DNA of 64,000 nucleotides from Eledone cirrhosa (lineage: Eukaryota), in the NCBI GenBank assembly GCA_964016885.1, contig OZ024764.1:28148001-28212000 (forward strand), given 5' to 3'. The position numbers were made by a program, and so were the translations under genes. The notes under the pieces were generated by a model. It saw only the letters and a list, made by a program, of their open reading frames with translations, did not search any database and was not told the origin of the DNA. Below, piece after piece: positions 53,200 to 64,000 of this stretch (the stretch's first letter is position 1; every line of letters begins with the position of its first letter).

Positions 53200-56100
53200 G
53201 TCGCCTCCCTACAGCACTTCTAAGTGCTGCTTTGTGCAGGTCATCGAAGAGCGTATACATTTTTGTGGGACAGCCCGTTGTCGCTTCCCTACAGCACTTC
53301 TAAGTGCTGCTTTGTGCAGCTCATAGAAGAGCGTATACATTTTTGTGGGACAGCCCATTGTCGCCTCTATTCAACACTTCTAAATGCTGCTTTGTGCAGG
53401 TCGTAGAAGAGCATATACATTTTTGTGGGACAGCCCATTGTCGCCTCTATTCAGCACTGCTAAATGCTGTTTTGTGCAGGTCATAGAAGAGCGTATACAT
53501 TTTTGTGGGACAGCCCGTTGTCGCCACTATTCAGCACTTCTAAATGCTGTTTTGTGCAGGTCATCGAAGAGCGTATACATTTTTATGGGACAGCCCGTTG
53601 TCGCCACTATTCAGCACTTCTAAATGCTGTTTTATGCAGGTCATACAAGAGCGTATACATTTTTGTGGGACAGCTCGTTGTCGCCTCCTTTCAGCACTTC
53701 TAAATGCTGCTTTGTGCAGGTCATCGAAGAGCGTATACATTTTTGTGGGACAGCCCGTTGTCGCCTCTATTCAGCACTCCTAAATGCTGTTTTATGCAGG
53801 TCATACAAGAGCGTATACATTTTTATGGGACAGCCCGTTGTCGCCTTTATTCAGCACTTGCAAATGCTGTTTTGTGCATGTCATCGAAGAGCGTATACAT
53901 TTTTATGGGACAGCCCGTTGTCGGCTCTATTCAGTACTCCTAAATGCTGTTTTGTGCAGGTCATACAAGAGCGTATACATTTTTGTGGGACAGCTCGTTG
54001 TCGCCTCCTTTCAGCACTTCTAAATGCTGCTTGTGCAGGTCATCGAAGAGCGTATACATTTTTATGGGACAGCCCGTTGTCGCCTCTATTCAGTACTCCT
54101 AAATGCTGTTTTATGCAGGTCATACAAGAGCGTATACATTTTTGTGGGACAGCCCGTTGTCGCCTCCCTACAGCACTTCTAAGTGCTGCTTTGTGCAGGT
54201 CATAGAAGAGCGTATACATTTTTGTGGGACAGCCCGTTGTCGCCTCTATTCAGCACTTCTAAATGCTGCTTTTTGCAGGTCATAGAAGAGCGTATACATT
54301 TTTGTGGGACAGCCAGTTGTCGCCTCCTTACAGCACTTCTAAATGCTGTTTTGTGCAGGTCATCGAAGAGCGTATACATTTTTGTGGGACAGCCCTTTGC
54401 CGCCTCTATTCAACACTTATAAATGCTGTTTGGGCAGGTCATAGAAGAGCGTATACATTTTTGTGGGACAGCCCGTTGTTGCCTCCCTACAGCACTTCTA
54501 AGTGCTGCTTTGTGCAGGTCATAGAAGTGCGTATACATTTTTGTGGGACAGCCCGTTGTCGCCTCCTTACAGCACTTCTAAATGCTGTTTTGTGCAGGTC
54601 ATCGAAGAGCGTATACATTTTTGTGGGACAGCCCTTTGACGCCTCTATTCATCACTTCTAAATGCTGTTTTATGCAGGTCATCGAAGAGCGTATACATTT
54701 TTGTGGGACAGCCCGTTGTCGCCTCCCTACACCACTTCTAAGTGGTTTTGTGCAGGTCATAGAAGAGCGTATACATTTTTGTGGGACAGCCCGTTGTCGC
54801 CACTATTCAGCACTTCTAAATGCTGTTTTGTGCAGGTCATCGAAGAGCGTATACATTTTTATGGGACAGCCCGTTGTCGCCTCTATTCAGTACTCCTAAA
54901 TGCTGTTTTATGCAGGTCATACAAGAGCGTATACAGTTTTGTGGGACAGCTCGTTGTCGCCTCCTTTCAGCACTTCTAAATGCTGCTTGTGCAGGTCATC
55001 GAAGAGCGTATACATTTTTATGGGACAGCCCGTTGTCGCCTCTATTCAGTACTCCTAAATGCTGCTTTGTGCAGGTCATAGAAGAGCGTATACATTTTTG
55101 TGGGACAGCCTGTTGTCGCCTCTATTCAGCACTTCTACATGCTGTTTTGGGCAGGTCATCGAAGAGTGTATACATTTTTGTGGGACAGCCCGTTGTCGCC
55201 TCTATTCAGCACTTCTAAATGCTGCTTTGTGCAGGTCATCGAAGAGCGTATACATTTTTGTGGGACAGCCCGTTGTCGCCTCTATTCAGCACTTCTAAAT
55301 GCTGCTTTTTGCAGGTCATAGAAGAGCGTATACATTTTTGTGGGACAGCCCGTTGTCGCCTCTATTCAGCACTTCTAAATGCTGCTTTTTGCAGGTCATA
55401 GAAGAGCGTATACATTTTTGTGGGACAGCCAGTTGTCGCCTCCTTACAGCACTTCTAAATGCTGTTTTGGGCAGGTCATAGAAGAGCGTATACATTTTTG
55501 TGGGACAGCCCGTTGTCGCCACTATTCAGCACTTCTAAATGCTGTTTTGTGCAGGTCATCGAAGAGCGTATACATTTTTATGGGACAGCCCGTTGTTGCC
55601 ACTATTCAGCACTTCTAAATGCTGTTTTGTGCAGGTCATCGAAGAGCGTATACATTTTTGTGGGACAGCCCGTTGTCGCCTCCCTACAGCACTTGTAAGT
55701 GCTGCTTTGTGCAGGTCATCGAAGAGCGTATACATTTTTATGGGACAGCCTGTTGTCGCCTCTATTCAACACTTCTAAATGCTGTTTTATGCAGGTCATA
55801 CAAGAGCGTATACATTTTTGTGGGACAGCTCATTGTCGCCTCCTTTCAACACTTCTAAATGCTGTTTTGTGCAGGTCATCGAAGAGCGTATACATTTTTA
55901 TGGGACAGCCCGTTGTCGCCTCTATTCAGTACTCCTAAATGCTGTTTTATGCAGGTCATACAAGAGCGTATACATTTTTGTGGGACAGCTCGTTGTCGCC
56001 TCCTTTCAGCACTTCTAAATGCTGCTTGTGCAGGTCATCGAAGAGCGTATACATTTTTATGGGACAGCCCGTTGTCGCCTCTATTCAGTACTCCTAAATG

Positions 56101-57320
56101 CTGCTTTGTGCAGGTCATAGAAGAGCGTATACATTTTTGTGGGACAGCCCGTTGTCGCCTCTATTCAGCACTTCTAAATGCTGCTTTTTGCAGGTCATAG
56201 AAGAGCGTATACATTTTTGTGGGACAGCCCGTTGTCGCCTCTATTCAGCACTTCTAAATGCTGCTTTTTGCAGGTCATAGAAGAGCGTATACATTTTTGT
56301 GGGACAGCCCGTTGTCGCCTCCTTACAGCACTTCTAAATGCTGTTTTGGGCAGGTCATAGAAGAGCGTATACATTTTTGTGGGACAGCCCGCTGTCGCCA
56401 CTATTCAGCACTTCTAAATGCTGTTTTGTGCAGGTCATCGAAGAGCGTATACATTTTTATGGGACAGCCCGTTGTTGCCACTATTCAGCACTTCTAAATG
56501 CTGTTTTGTGCAGGTCATCGAAGAGCGTATACATTTTTGTGGGACAGCCCGTTGTCGCCTCCCTACAGCACTTGTAAGTGCTGCTTTGTGCAGGTCATCG
56601 AAGAGCGTATACATTTTTATGGGACAGCCTGTTGTCGCCTCTATTCAGCACTTCTAAATGCTGTTTTATGCAGGTCATACAAGAGCGTATACATTTTTGT
56701 GGGACAGCTCATTGTCGCCTCCTTTCAGCACTTCTAAATGCTGCTTTGTGCAGGTCATCGAAGAGCGTATACATTTTTGTGGGACAGCCCGTTGCCTCTA
56801 TTCAGCACTTCTAAATGCTGCTTTTTGCAGGTCATAGAAGAGCGTATATATTTTTGTGGGACAGCCCGTTGTCGCCTCTATTCATCACTTCAACATGCTG
56901 TTTTGTGCAGGTCATCGAAGAGTGTATACATTTTTGTGGGACAGCCCGTTGTCGCCTCCCTACAGCACTTCTAAGTGCTGCTTTGTGCAGGTCATAGAAG
57001 AGCGTATACATTTTTGTGGGACAGCCCGTTGTCGCCTCTATTCAGCACTCCTAAATGCTGTTTTATGCAGGTCATACAAGAGCGTATACATTTTTATGGG
57101 ACAGCCCGTTGTCGCCTTTATTCAGCACTTGCAAATGCTGTTTTGTGCATGTCATCGAAGAGCGTATACATTTTTGTGGGACAGCCCGTTGTCGCCTCTA
57201 TTCAGCACTTCTAAATGCTGCTTTTTGCAGGTCATAGAAGAGCGTATACATTTTTGTGGGACAGCCAGTTGTCGCCTCCTTACAGCACTTCTAAATGCTG
57301 TTTTGTGCAGGTCATCGAAG
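53200..57320 (+). repeat. Copy of about 42420-46610 (offset 10784, then 10704 bp)
   Basis: ORF offsets are 10784 (42840/53624, 43479/54263) and then 10704 (44116/54820, 45874/56578, 46271/56975). Shared markers are ATACAGTTTTG (~44227/54931) and the 3-bp deletion CCCGTTGCCTCT (~46084/56788). Confidence 0.85.
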
Positions 57321-60300
57321 AGCGTATACATTTTTGTGGGACAGTCCGTTGTCGCCTCTATTCAGCACTTCTACATGCTGTTTTGGGCAGGTCATCGAAG
57401 AGTGTATACATTTTTGTGGGACAGCCCGTTGTCGCCTCTATTCAGCACTTCTAAATGCTGTTTTGTGCAGGTCATCGAAGAGCGTATACATTTTTATGGG
57501 ACAGCTCATTGTCGCCTCCTTTCAGCACTTCTAAATGCTGCTTTGTGCAGGTCATCGAAGAGCGTATACATTTTTGTGGGACAGCCCGTTGTCGCCTCTA
57601 TTCAGCACTTCTAAATGCTGCTTTTTGCAGGTCATAGAAGAGCGTATACATTTTTGTGGGACAGCTCATTGTCGCCTCCTTTCAGTACTTCTAAATGCTG
57701 CTTTGTGCAGGTCATCGAAGAGCGTATACATTTTTGTGGGACAGCCCGTTGTCGCCTCTCAGCACTTCTAAATGCTGCTTTTTGCAGGTCATAGAAGAGC
57801 GTATACATTTTTGTGGGACAGCCCGTTGTCGCCTCCCTACAGCACTTCTAAGTGTTGCTTTGTGCAGGTCATAGAAGAGCGTATACATTTTTATGGAACA
57901 GCCCGTTGTCGCCACTATTCAGCACTTCTAAATGCTGTTTTGTGCAGGTCATCGAAGAGCGTATACATTTTTATGGGACAGCCCGTTGTTGCCACTATTC
58001 AGCACTTCTAAATGCTGTTTTGTGCAGGTCATCGAAGAGCGTATACATTTTTGTGGGACAGCCCGTTGTCGCCTCCCTACAGCACTTCTAAGTGCTGCTT
58101 TGTGCAGCTCATAGAAGAGCGTATACATTTTTGTGGGACAGCCCGTTGTTGCCTCTATTCAGCACTTCTAAATGCTGCTTTGTGCAGGTCGTAGAAGAGC
58201 ATATACATTTTTGTGGGACAGCCCATTGTCGCCTCTATTCAGCACTGCTAAATGCTGTTTTGTGCAGGTCATAGAAGAGCGTATACATTTTTGTGGGACA
58301 GCCCGTTGTCGCCACTATTCAGCACTTCTAAATGCTGTTTTGTGCAGGTCATCGAAGAGCGTATACATTTTTATGGGACAGCCCGTTGTCGCCACTATTC
58401 AGCACTTCTAAATGCTGTTTTATGCAGGTCATACAAGAGCGTATACATTTTTATGGGACAGCCCGTTGTCGCCTTTATTCAGCACTTGCAAATGCTGTTT
58501 TGTGCATGTCATCGAAGAGCGTATACATTTTTATGGGACAGCCCGTTGTCGGCTCTATTCAGTACTCCTAAATGCTGTTTTGTGCAGGTCATACAAGAGC
58601 GTATACATTTTTGTGGGACAGCTCGTTGTCGCCTCCTTTCAGCACTTCTAAATGCTGCTTGTGCAGGTCATCGAAGAGCGTATACATTTTTATGGGACAG
58701 CCCGTTGTCGCCTCTATTCAGTACTCCTAAATGCTGTTTTATGCAGGTCATACAAGAGCGTATACATTTTTGTGGGACAGCCCGTTGTCGCCTCCCTACA
58801 GCACTTCTAAGTGCTGCTTTGTGCAGGTCATAGAAGAGCGTATACATTTTTGTGGGACAGCCCGTTGTCGCCTCTATTCAGCACTTCTAAATGCTGCTTT
58901 TTGCAGGTCATAGAAGAGCGTATACATTTTTGTGGGACAGCCAGTTGTCGCCTCCTTACAGCACTTCTAAATGCTGTTTTGTGCAGGTCATCGAAGAGCG
59001 TATACATTTTTGTGGGACAGCCCTTTGCCGCCTCTATTCAACACTTATAAATGCTGTTTGGGCAGGTCATAGAAGAGCGTATACATTTTTGTGGGACAGC
59101 CCGTTGTTGCCTCCCTACAGCACTTCTAAGTGCTGCTTTGTGCAGGTCATAGAAGAGCGTATACATTTTTGTGGGACAGCCCGTTGTCGCCTCCTTACAG
59201 CACTTCTAAATGCTGTTTTGTGCAGGTCATCGAAGAGCGTATACATTTTTGTGGGACAGCCCTTTGACGCCTCTATTCATCACTTCTAAATGCTGTTTTA
59301 TGCAGGTCATCGAAGAGCGTATACATTTTTGTGGGACAGCCCTTTGTCGCCTTTATTCAGCACTTGCAAATGCTGTTTTGTGCATGTCATCGAAGAGTGT
59401 ATACATTTTTGTGGGACAGCCCGTTGTCGCCTCCCTACACCACTTCTAAGTGGTTTTGTGCAGGTCATAGAAGAGCGTATACATTTTTGTGGGACAGCCC
59501 GTTGTCGCCACTATTCAGCACTTCTAAATGCTGTTTTGTGCAGGTCATCGAAGAGCGTATACATTTTTATGGGACAGCCCGTTGTCGCCTCTATTCAGTA
59601 CTCCTAAATGCTGTTTTATGCAGGTCATACAAGAGCGTATACAGTTTTGTGGGACAGCTCGTTGTCGCCTCCTTTCAGCACTTCTAAATGCTGCTTGTGC
59701 AGGTCATCGAAGAGCGTATACATTTTTATGGGACAGCCCGTTGTCGCCTCTATTCAGTACTCCTAAATGCTGCTTTGTGCAGGTCATAGAAGAGCGTATA
59801 CATTTTTGTGGGACAGCCCGTTGTCGCCTCTATTCAGCACTTCTACATGCTGTTTTGGGCAGGTCATCGAAGAGTGTATACATTTTTGTGGGACAGCCCG
59901 TTGTCGCCTCTATTCAGCACTTCTAAATGCTGCTTTGTGCAGGTCATCGAAGAGCGTATACATTTTTGTGGGACAGCCCGTTGTCGCCTCTATTCAGCAC
60001 TTCTAAATGCTGCTTTTTGCAGGTCATAGAAGAGCGTATACATTTTTGTGGGACAGCCCGTTGTCGCCTCTATTCAGCACTTCTAAATGCTGCTTTTTGC
60101 AGGTCATAGAAGAGCGTATACATTTTTGTGGGACAGCCCGTTGTCGCCTCCTTACAGCACTTCTAAATGCTGTTTTGGGCAGGTCATAGAAGAGCGTATA
60201 CATTTTTGTGGGACAGCCCGTTGTCGCCTCCTTACAGCACTTCTAAATGCTGTTTTGGGCAGGTCATAGAAGAGCGTATACATTTTTGTGGGACAGCCCG

Positions 60301-60669
60301 TTGTCGCCACTATTCAGCACTTCTAAATGCTGTTTTGTGCAGGTCATCGAAGAGCGTATACATTTTTATGGGACAGCCCGTTGTTGCCACTATTCAGCAC
60401 TTCTAAATGCTGTTTTGTGCAGGTCATCGAAGAGCGTATACATTTTTGTGGGACAGCCCGTTGTCGCCTCCCTACAGCACTTGTAAGTGCTGCTTTGTGC
60501 AGGTCATCGAAGAGCGTATACATTTTTATGGGACAGCCTGTTGTCGCCTCTATTCAGCACTTCTAAATGCTGTTTTATGCAGGTCATACAAGAGCGTATA
60601 CATTTTTGTGGGACAGCTCATTGTCGCCTCCTTTCAGCACTTCTAAATGCTGCTTTGTGCAGGTCATCG

Positions 60670-62280
60670 AAGAGCGTATATATTTTTGTGGGACAGCCCG
60701 TTGTCGCCTCTATTCATCACTTCAACATGCTGTTTTGTGCAGGTCATCGAAGAGTGTATACATTTTTGTGGGACAGCCCGTTGTCGCCTCCCTACAGCAC
60801 TTCTAAGTGCTGCTTTGTGCAGGTCATAGAAGAGCGTATACATTTTTGTGGGACAGCCCGTTGTCGCCTCTATTCAGCACTCCTAAATGCTGTTTTATGC
60901 AGGTCATACAAGAGCGTATACATTTTTATGGGACAGCCCGTTGTCGCCTTTATTCAGCACTTGCAAATGCTGTTTTGTGCATGTCATCGAAGAGCGTATA
61001 CATTTTTGTGGGACAGCCCGTTGTCGCCTCTATTCAGCACTTCTAAATGCTGCTTTTTGCAGGTCATAGAAGAGCGTATACATTTTTGTGGGACAGCCAG
61101 TTGTCGCCTCCTTACAGCACTTCTAAATGCTGTTTTGTGCAGGTCATCGGAGAGCGTATACATTTTTGTGGGACAGTCCGTTGTCGCCTCTATTCAGCAC
61201 TTCTACATGCTGTTTTGGGCAGGTCATCGAAGAGTGTATACATTTTTGTGGGACAGCCCGTTGTCGCCTCTATTCAGCACTTCTAAATGCTGTTTTGTGC
61301 AGGTCATCGAAGAGCGTATACATTTTTATGGGACAGCTCATTGTCGCCTCCTTTCAGCACTTCTAAATGCTGCTTTGTGCAGGTCATCGAAGAGCGTATA
61401 CATTTTTGTGGGACAGCCCGTTGTCGCCTCTATTCAGCACTTCTAAATGCTGCTTTTTGCAGGTCATAGAAGAGCGTATACATTTTTGTGGGACAGCTCA
61501 TTGTCGCCTCCTTTCAGTACTTCTAAATGCTGCTTTGTGCAGGTCATCGAAGAGCGTATACATTTTTGTGGGACAGCCCGTTGTCGCCTCTATTCAGCAC
61601 TTCTAAATGCTGCTTTTTGCAGGTCATAGAAGAGCGTATACATTTTTGTGGGACAGCCCGTTGTCGCCTCCCTACAACACTTCTAAGTGCTGCTTTGTGC
61701 AGGTCATAGAAGAGCGTATACATTTTTATGGAACAGCCCGTTGTCGCCACTATTCAGCACTTCTAAATGCTGTTTTGTGCAGGTCATCGAAGAGCGTATA
61801 CATTTTTATGGGACAGCCCGTTGTTGCCACTATTCAGCACTACTAAATGCTGTTTTGTGCAGGTCATCGAAGAGCGTATACATTTTTGTGGGACAGCCCG
61901 TTGTCGCCTCCCTACAGCACTTCTAAGTGCTGCTTTGTGCAGCTCATAGAAGAGCGTATACATTTTTGTGGGACAGCCCGTTGTTGCCTCTATTCAGCAC
62001 TTCTAAATGCTGCTTTGTGCAGGTCGTAGAAGAGCATATACATTTTTGTGGGACAGCCCATTGTCGCCTCTATTCAGCACTGCTAAATGCTGTTTTGTGC
62101 AGGTCATAGAAGAGCGTATACATTTTTGTGGGACAGCCCGTTGTCGCCACTATTCAGCACTTCTAAATGCTGTTTTGTGCAGGTCATCGAAGAGCGTATA
62201 CATTTTTATGGGACAGCCCGTTGTCGCCACTATTCAGCACTTCTAAATGCTGTTTTATGCAGGTCATACAAGAGCGTATA
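60670..62280 (+). repeat. Copy of about 56840-58450 (offset 3832-3835 bp, 48 monomers)
   Basis: ORF offsets are 3832 (56975/60807, 57535/61367) and 3835 (57852/61687). Shared rare variants are CTTTCAGTACTT (~57679/61511) and TATGGAACAG (~57892/61727). Confidence 0.85.
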
Positions 62281-64000
62281 CATTTTTGTGGGACAGCTCG
62301 TTGTCGCCTCCTTTCAGCACTTCTAAATGCTGCTTTGTGCAGGTCATCGAAGAGTGTATACATTTTTGTGGGACAGCCCGTTGTCGCCTCTATTCAGCAC
62401 TCCTAAATGCTGTTTTATGCAGGTCATACAAGAGCGTATACATTTTTATGGGACAGCCCGTTGTCGCCTTTATTCAGCACTTGCAAATGCTGTTTTGTGC
62501 ATGTCATCAAAGAGCGTATACATTTTTATGGGACAGCCCGTTGTCGGCTCTATTCAGTACTCCTAAATGCTGTTTTATGCAGGTCATACAAGAGCGTATA
62601 CATTTTTGTGGGACAGCTCGTTGTCGCCTCCTTTCATCACTTCTAAATGCTGCTTGTGCAGGTCATCGAAGAGCGTATACATTTTTATGGGACAGCCTGT
62701 TGTCGCCTCTATTCAGCACTTCTAAATGCTGTTTTATGCAGGTCATACAAGAGCGTATACATTTTTGTGGGACAGCTCATTGTCGCCTCCTTTCAGCACT
62801 TCTAAATGCTGCTTTGTGCAGGTCATCGAAGAGCGTATACATTTTTGTGGGACAGCCCGTTGTCGCCTCTATTCAGCACTTCTACATGCTGTTTTGGGCA
62901 GGTCATCGAAGAGTGTATACATTTTTGTGGGACAGCCCGTTGTCGCCTCTATTCAGCACTTCTAAATGCTGCTTTGTGCAGGTCATCGAAGAGCGTATAC
63001 ATTTTTGTGGGACAGCCCGTTGTCGCCTCTATTCAGCACTCCTAAATGCTGTTTTATGCAGGTCATACAAGAGCGTATACATTTTTATGGGACAGCCCGT
63101 TGTCGCCTTTATTCAGCACTTGCAAATGCTGTTTTGTGCATGTCATCGAAGAGCGTATACATTTTTGTGGGACAGTCCGTTGTCGCCTCTATTCAGCACT
63201 TCTACATGCTGTTTTGGGCAGGTCATCGAAGAGTGTATACATTTTTGTGGGACAGCCCGTTGTCGCCTCTATTCACCACTTCTAAATGCTGCTTTTTGCA
63301 GGTCATCGAAGAGCGTATACATTTTTGTGGGACAGCCCGTTGTCGCTTCCCTACAGCACTTCTAAGTGCTGCTTTGTGCAGCTCATAGAAGAGCGTATAC
63401 ATTTTTGTGGGACAGCCCGTTGTCGCCTCTATTCAGCACTTCTAAATGCTGCTTTGTGCAGGTCGTAGAAGAGCATATACATTTTTGTGGGACAGCCCGT
63501 TGTCGCCTCTATTCAGCACTCCTAAATGCTGTTTTATGCAGGTCATACAAGAGCGTATACATTTTTATGGGACAGCCCGTTGTCGCCTTTATTCAGCACT
63601 TGCAAATGCTGTTTTGTGCATGTCATCGAAGAGCGTATACATTTTTATGGGACAGCCCGTTGTCGGCTCTATTCAGTACTCCTAAATGCTGTTTTATGCA
63701 GGTCATACAAGAGCGTATACATTTTTGTGGGGCAGCTCGTTGTCGCCTCCTTTCAGCACTTCTAAATGCTGCTTGTGCAGGTCATCGAAGAGCGTATACA
63801 TTTTTATGGGACAGCCTGTTGTCGCCTCTATTCAGTACTCCTAAATGCTGTTTTATGCAGGTCATACAAGAGCGTATACATTTTTGTGGGACAGCTCGTT
63901 GTCGCCTCCTTTCAGCACTTCTAAATGCTGCTTGTGCAGGTCATCGAAGAGCGTATACATTTTTATGGGACAGCCCGTTGTCGCCTCTATTCAGTACTCC

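Larger units (their letters stand above)
1..64000 (+). repeat. 80-bp tandem satellite DNA array (801 full monomers plus a partial, head-to-tail, single orientation); candidate centromeric or pericentromeric satellite
   Basis: The motif ACATTTTT[G/A]TGGGACAG recurs every 80 bp (81, 161, 241, ...) and last starts at 63957. Monomers differ from consensus by only a few substitutions and 1-3 bp indels. The ORF track shows starts at an 80-bp period. The array runs off both window ends. The centromeric role is inference only. Confidence 0.99.

Noticed and set aside
7-63765. Hundreds of 60-372 aa ORFs (MLFCAGHRRAYTFLWDSPLSPLFSTSKCCF...) as a tandem gene family or Cys-rich repeat protein
   Set aside because: The 80-bp period is not a multiple of 3, so the same DNA is read in all three overlapping frames. 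ORF ends depend on random SNPs and frameshifting indels are tolerated freely. There is no intergenic sequence and no recognisable domain.
1-64000. CRISPR array (palindromic repeat at regular spacing)
   Set aside because: There are no unique spacers, because the sequence between dyads is as conserved as the dyad itself. No cas genes or leader are present.
1-64000. Tandem tRNA, 5S rRNA, snRNA or spliced-leader gene array, or SINE-derived unit (80 bp is tRNA-sized)
   Set aside because: I see no cloverleaf, no GTTCRA B-box or T-loop on either strand, and no similarity I can recognise to 5S, U snRNA or SL RNA. Only one short hairpin is present. An Rfam/Infernal search would settle this.
1-64000. 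Integron attC cassette array, or a diversity-generating or antigenic-variation cassette system
   Set aside because: There are no cassette ORFs between repeats and no integrase or reverse transcriptase. The variation pattern is explained by point mutation plus in-register block duplication.
1-64000. Embedded transposon, telomeric repeat, strand inversion or purely artefactual collapsed repeat
   Set aside because: The monomer register can be followed continuously from start to end on one strand with no foreign sequence. Hierarchically shared and private SNPs argue for a genuine evolved array, although individual duplications still need read support.

Overview
The whole 64 kb window is one uninterrupted head-to-tail array of an 80-bp satellite: 801 complete monomers plus a 44-bp partial, all in one orientation, consensus about 46% GC and T-rich on the + strand. 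Consensus read from 81-160: ACATTTTTGTGGGACAGCCCGTTGTCGCCTCTATTCAGCACTTCTAAATGCTGTTTTGTGCAGGTCATCGAAGAGCGTAT. I see no gene, RNA gene, transposon, CRISPR spacer, inversion or unique sequence, and the ORF-track entries are frame-cycling translations of the satellite. The array has no single fixed higher-order repeat. It is a mosaic of a limited set of recurrent monomer variants, re-copied in in-register blocks at offsets from 159 bp to about 13.3 kb. Each monomer carries a quasi-palindrome (CAGCACTT-CT-AA[A/G]TGCTG), and several recurrent variants increase its symmetry. The substitution spectrum shows CpG and probably CHG deamination. The best reading is a young, homogenised, methylated eukaryotic (peri)centromeric or heterochromatic satellite, possibly plant. 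I cannot name the family or species from sequence alone, and I found no evidence of a new protein-coding system. Block boundaries were read by eye and are approximate.
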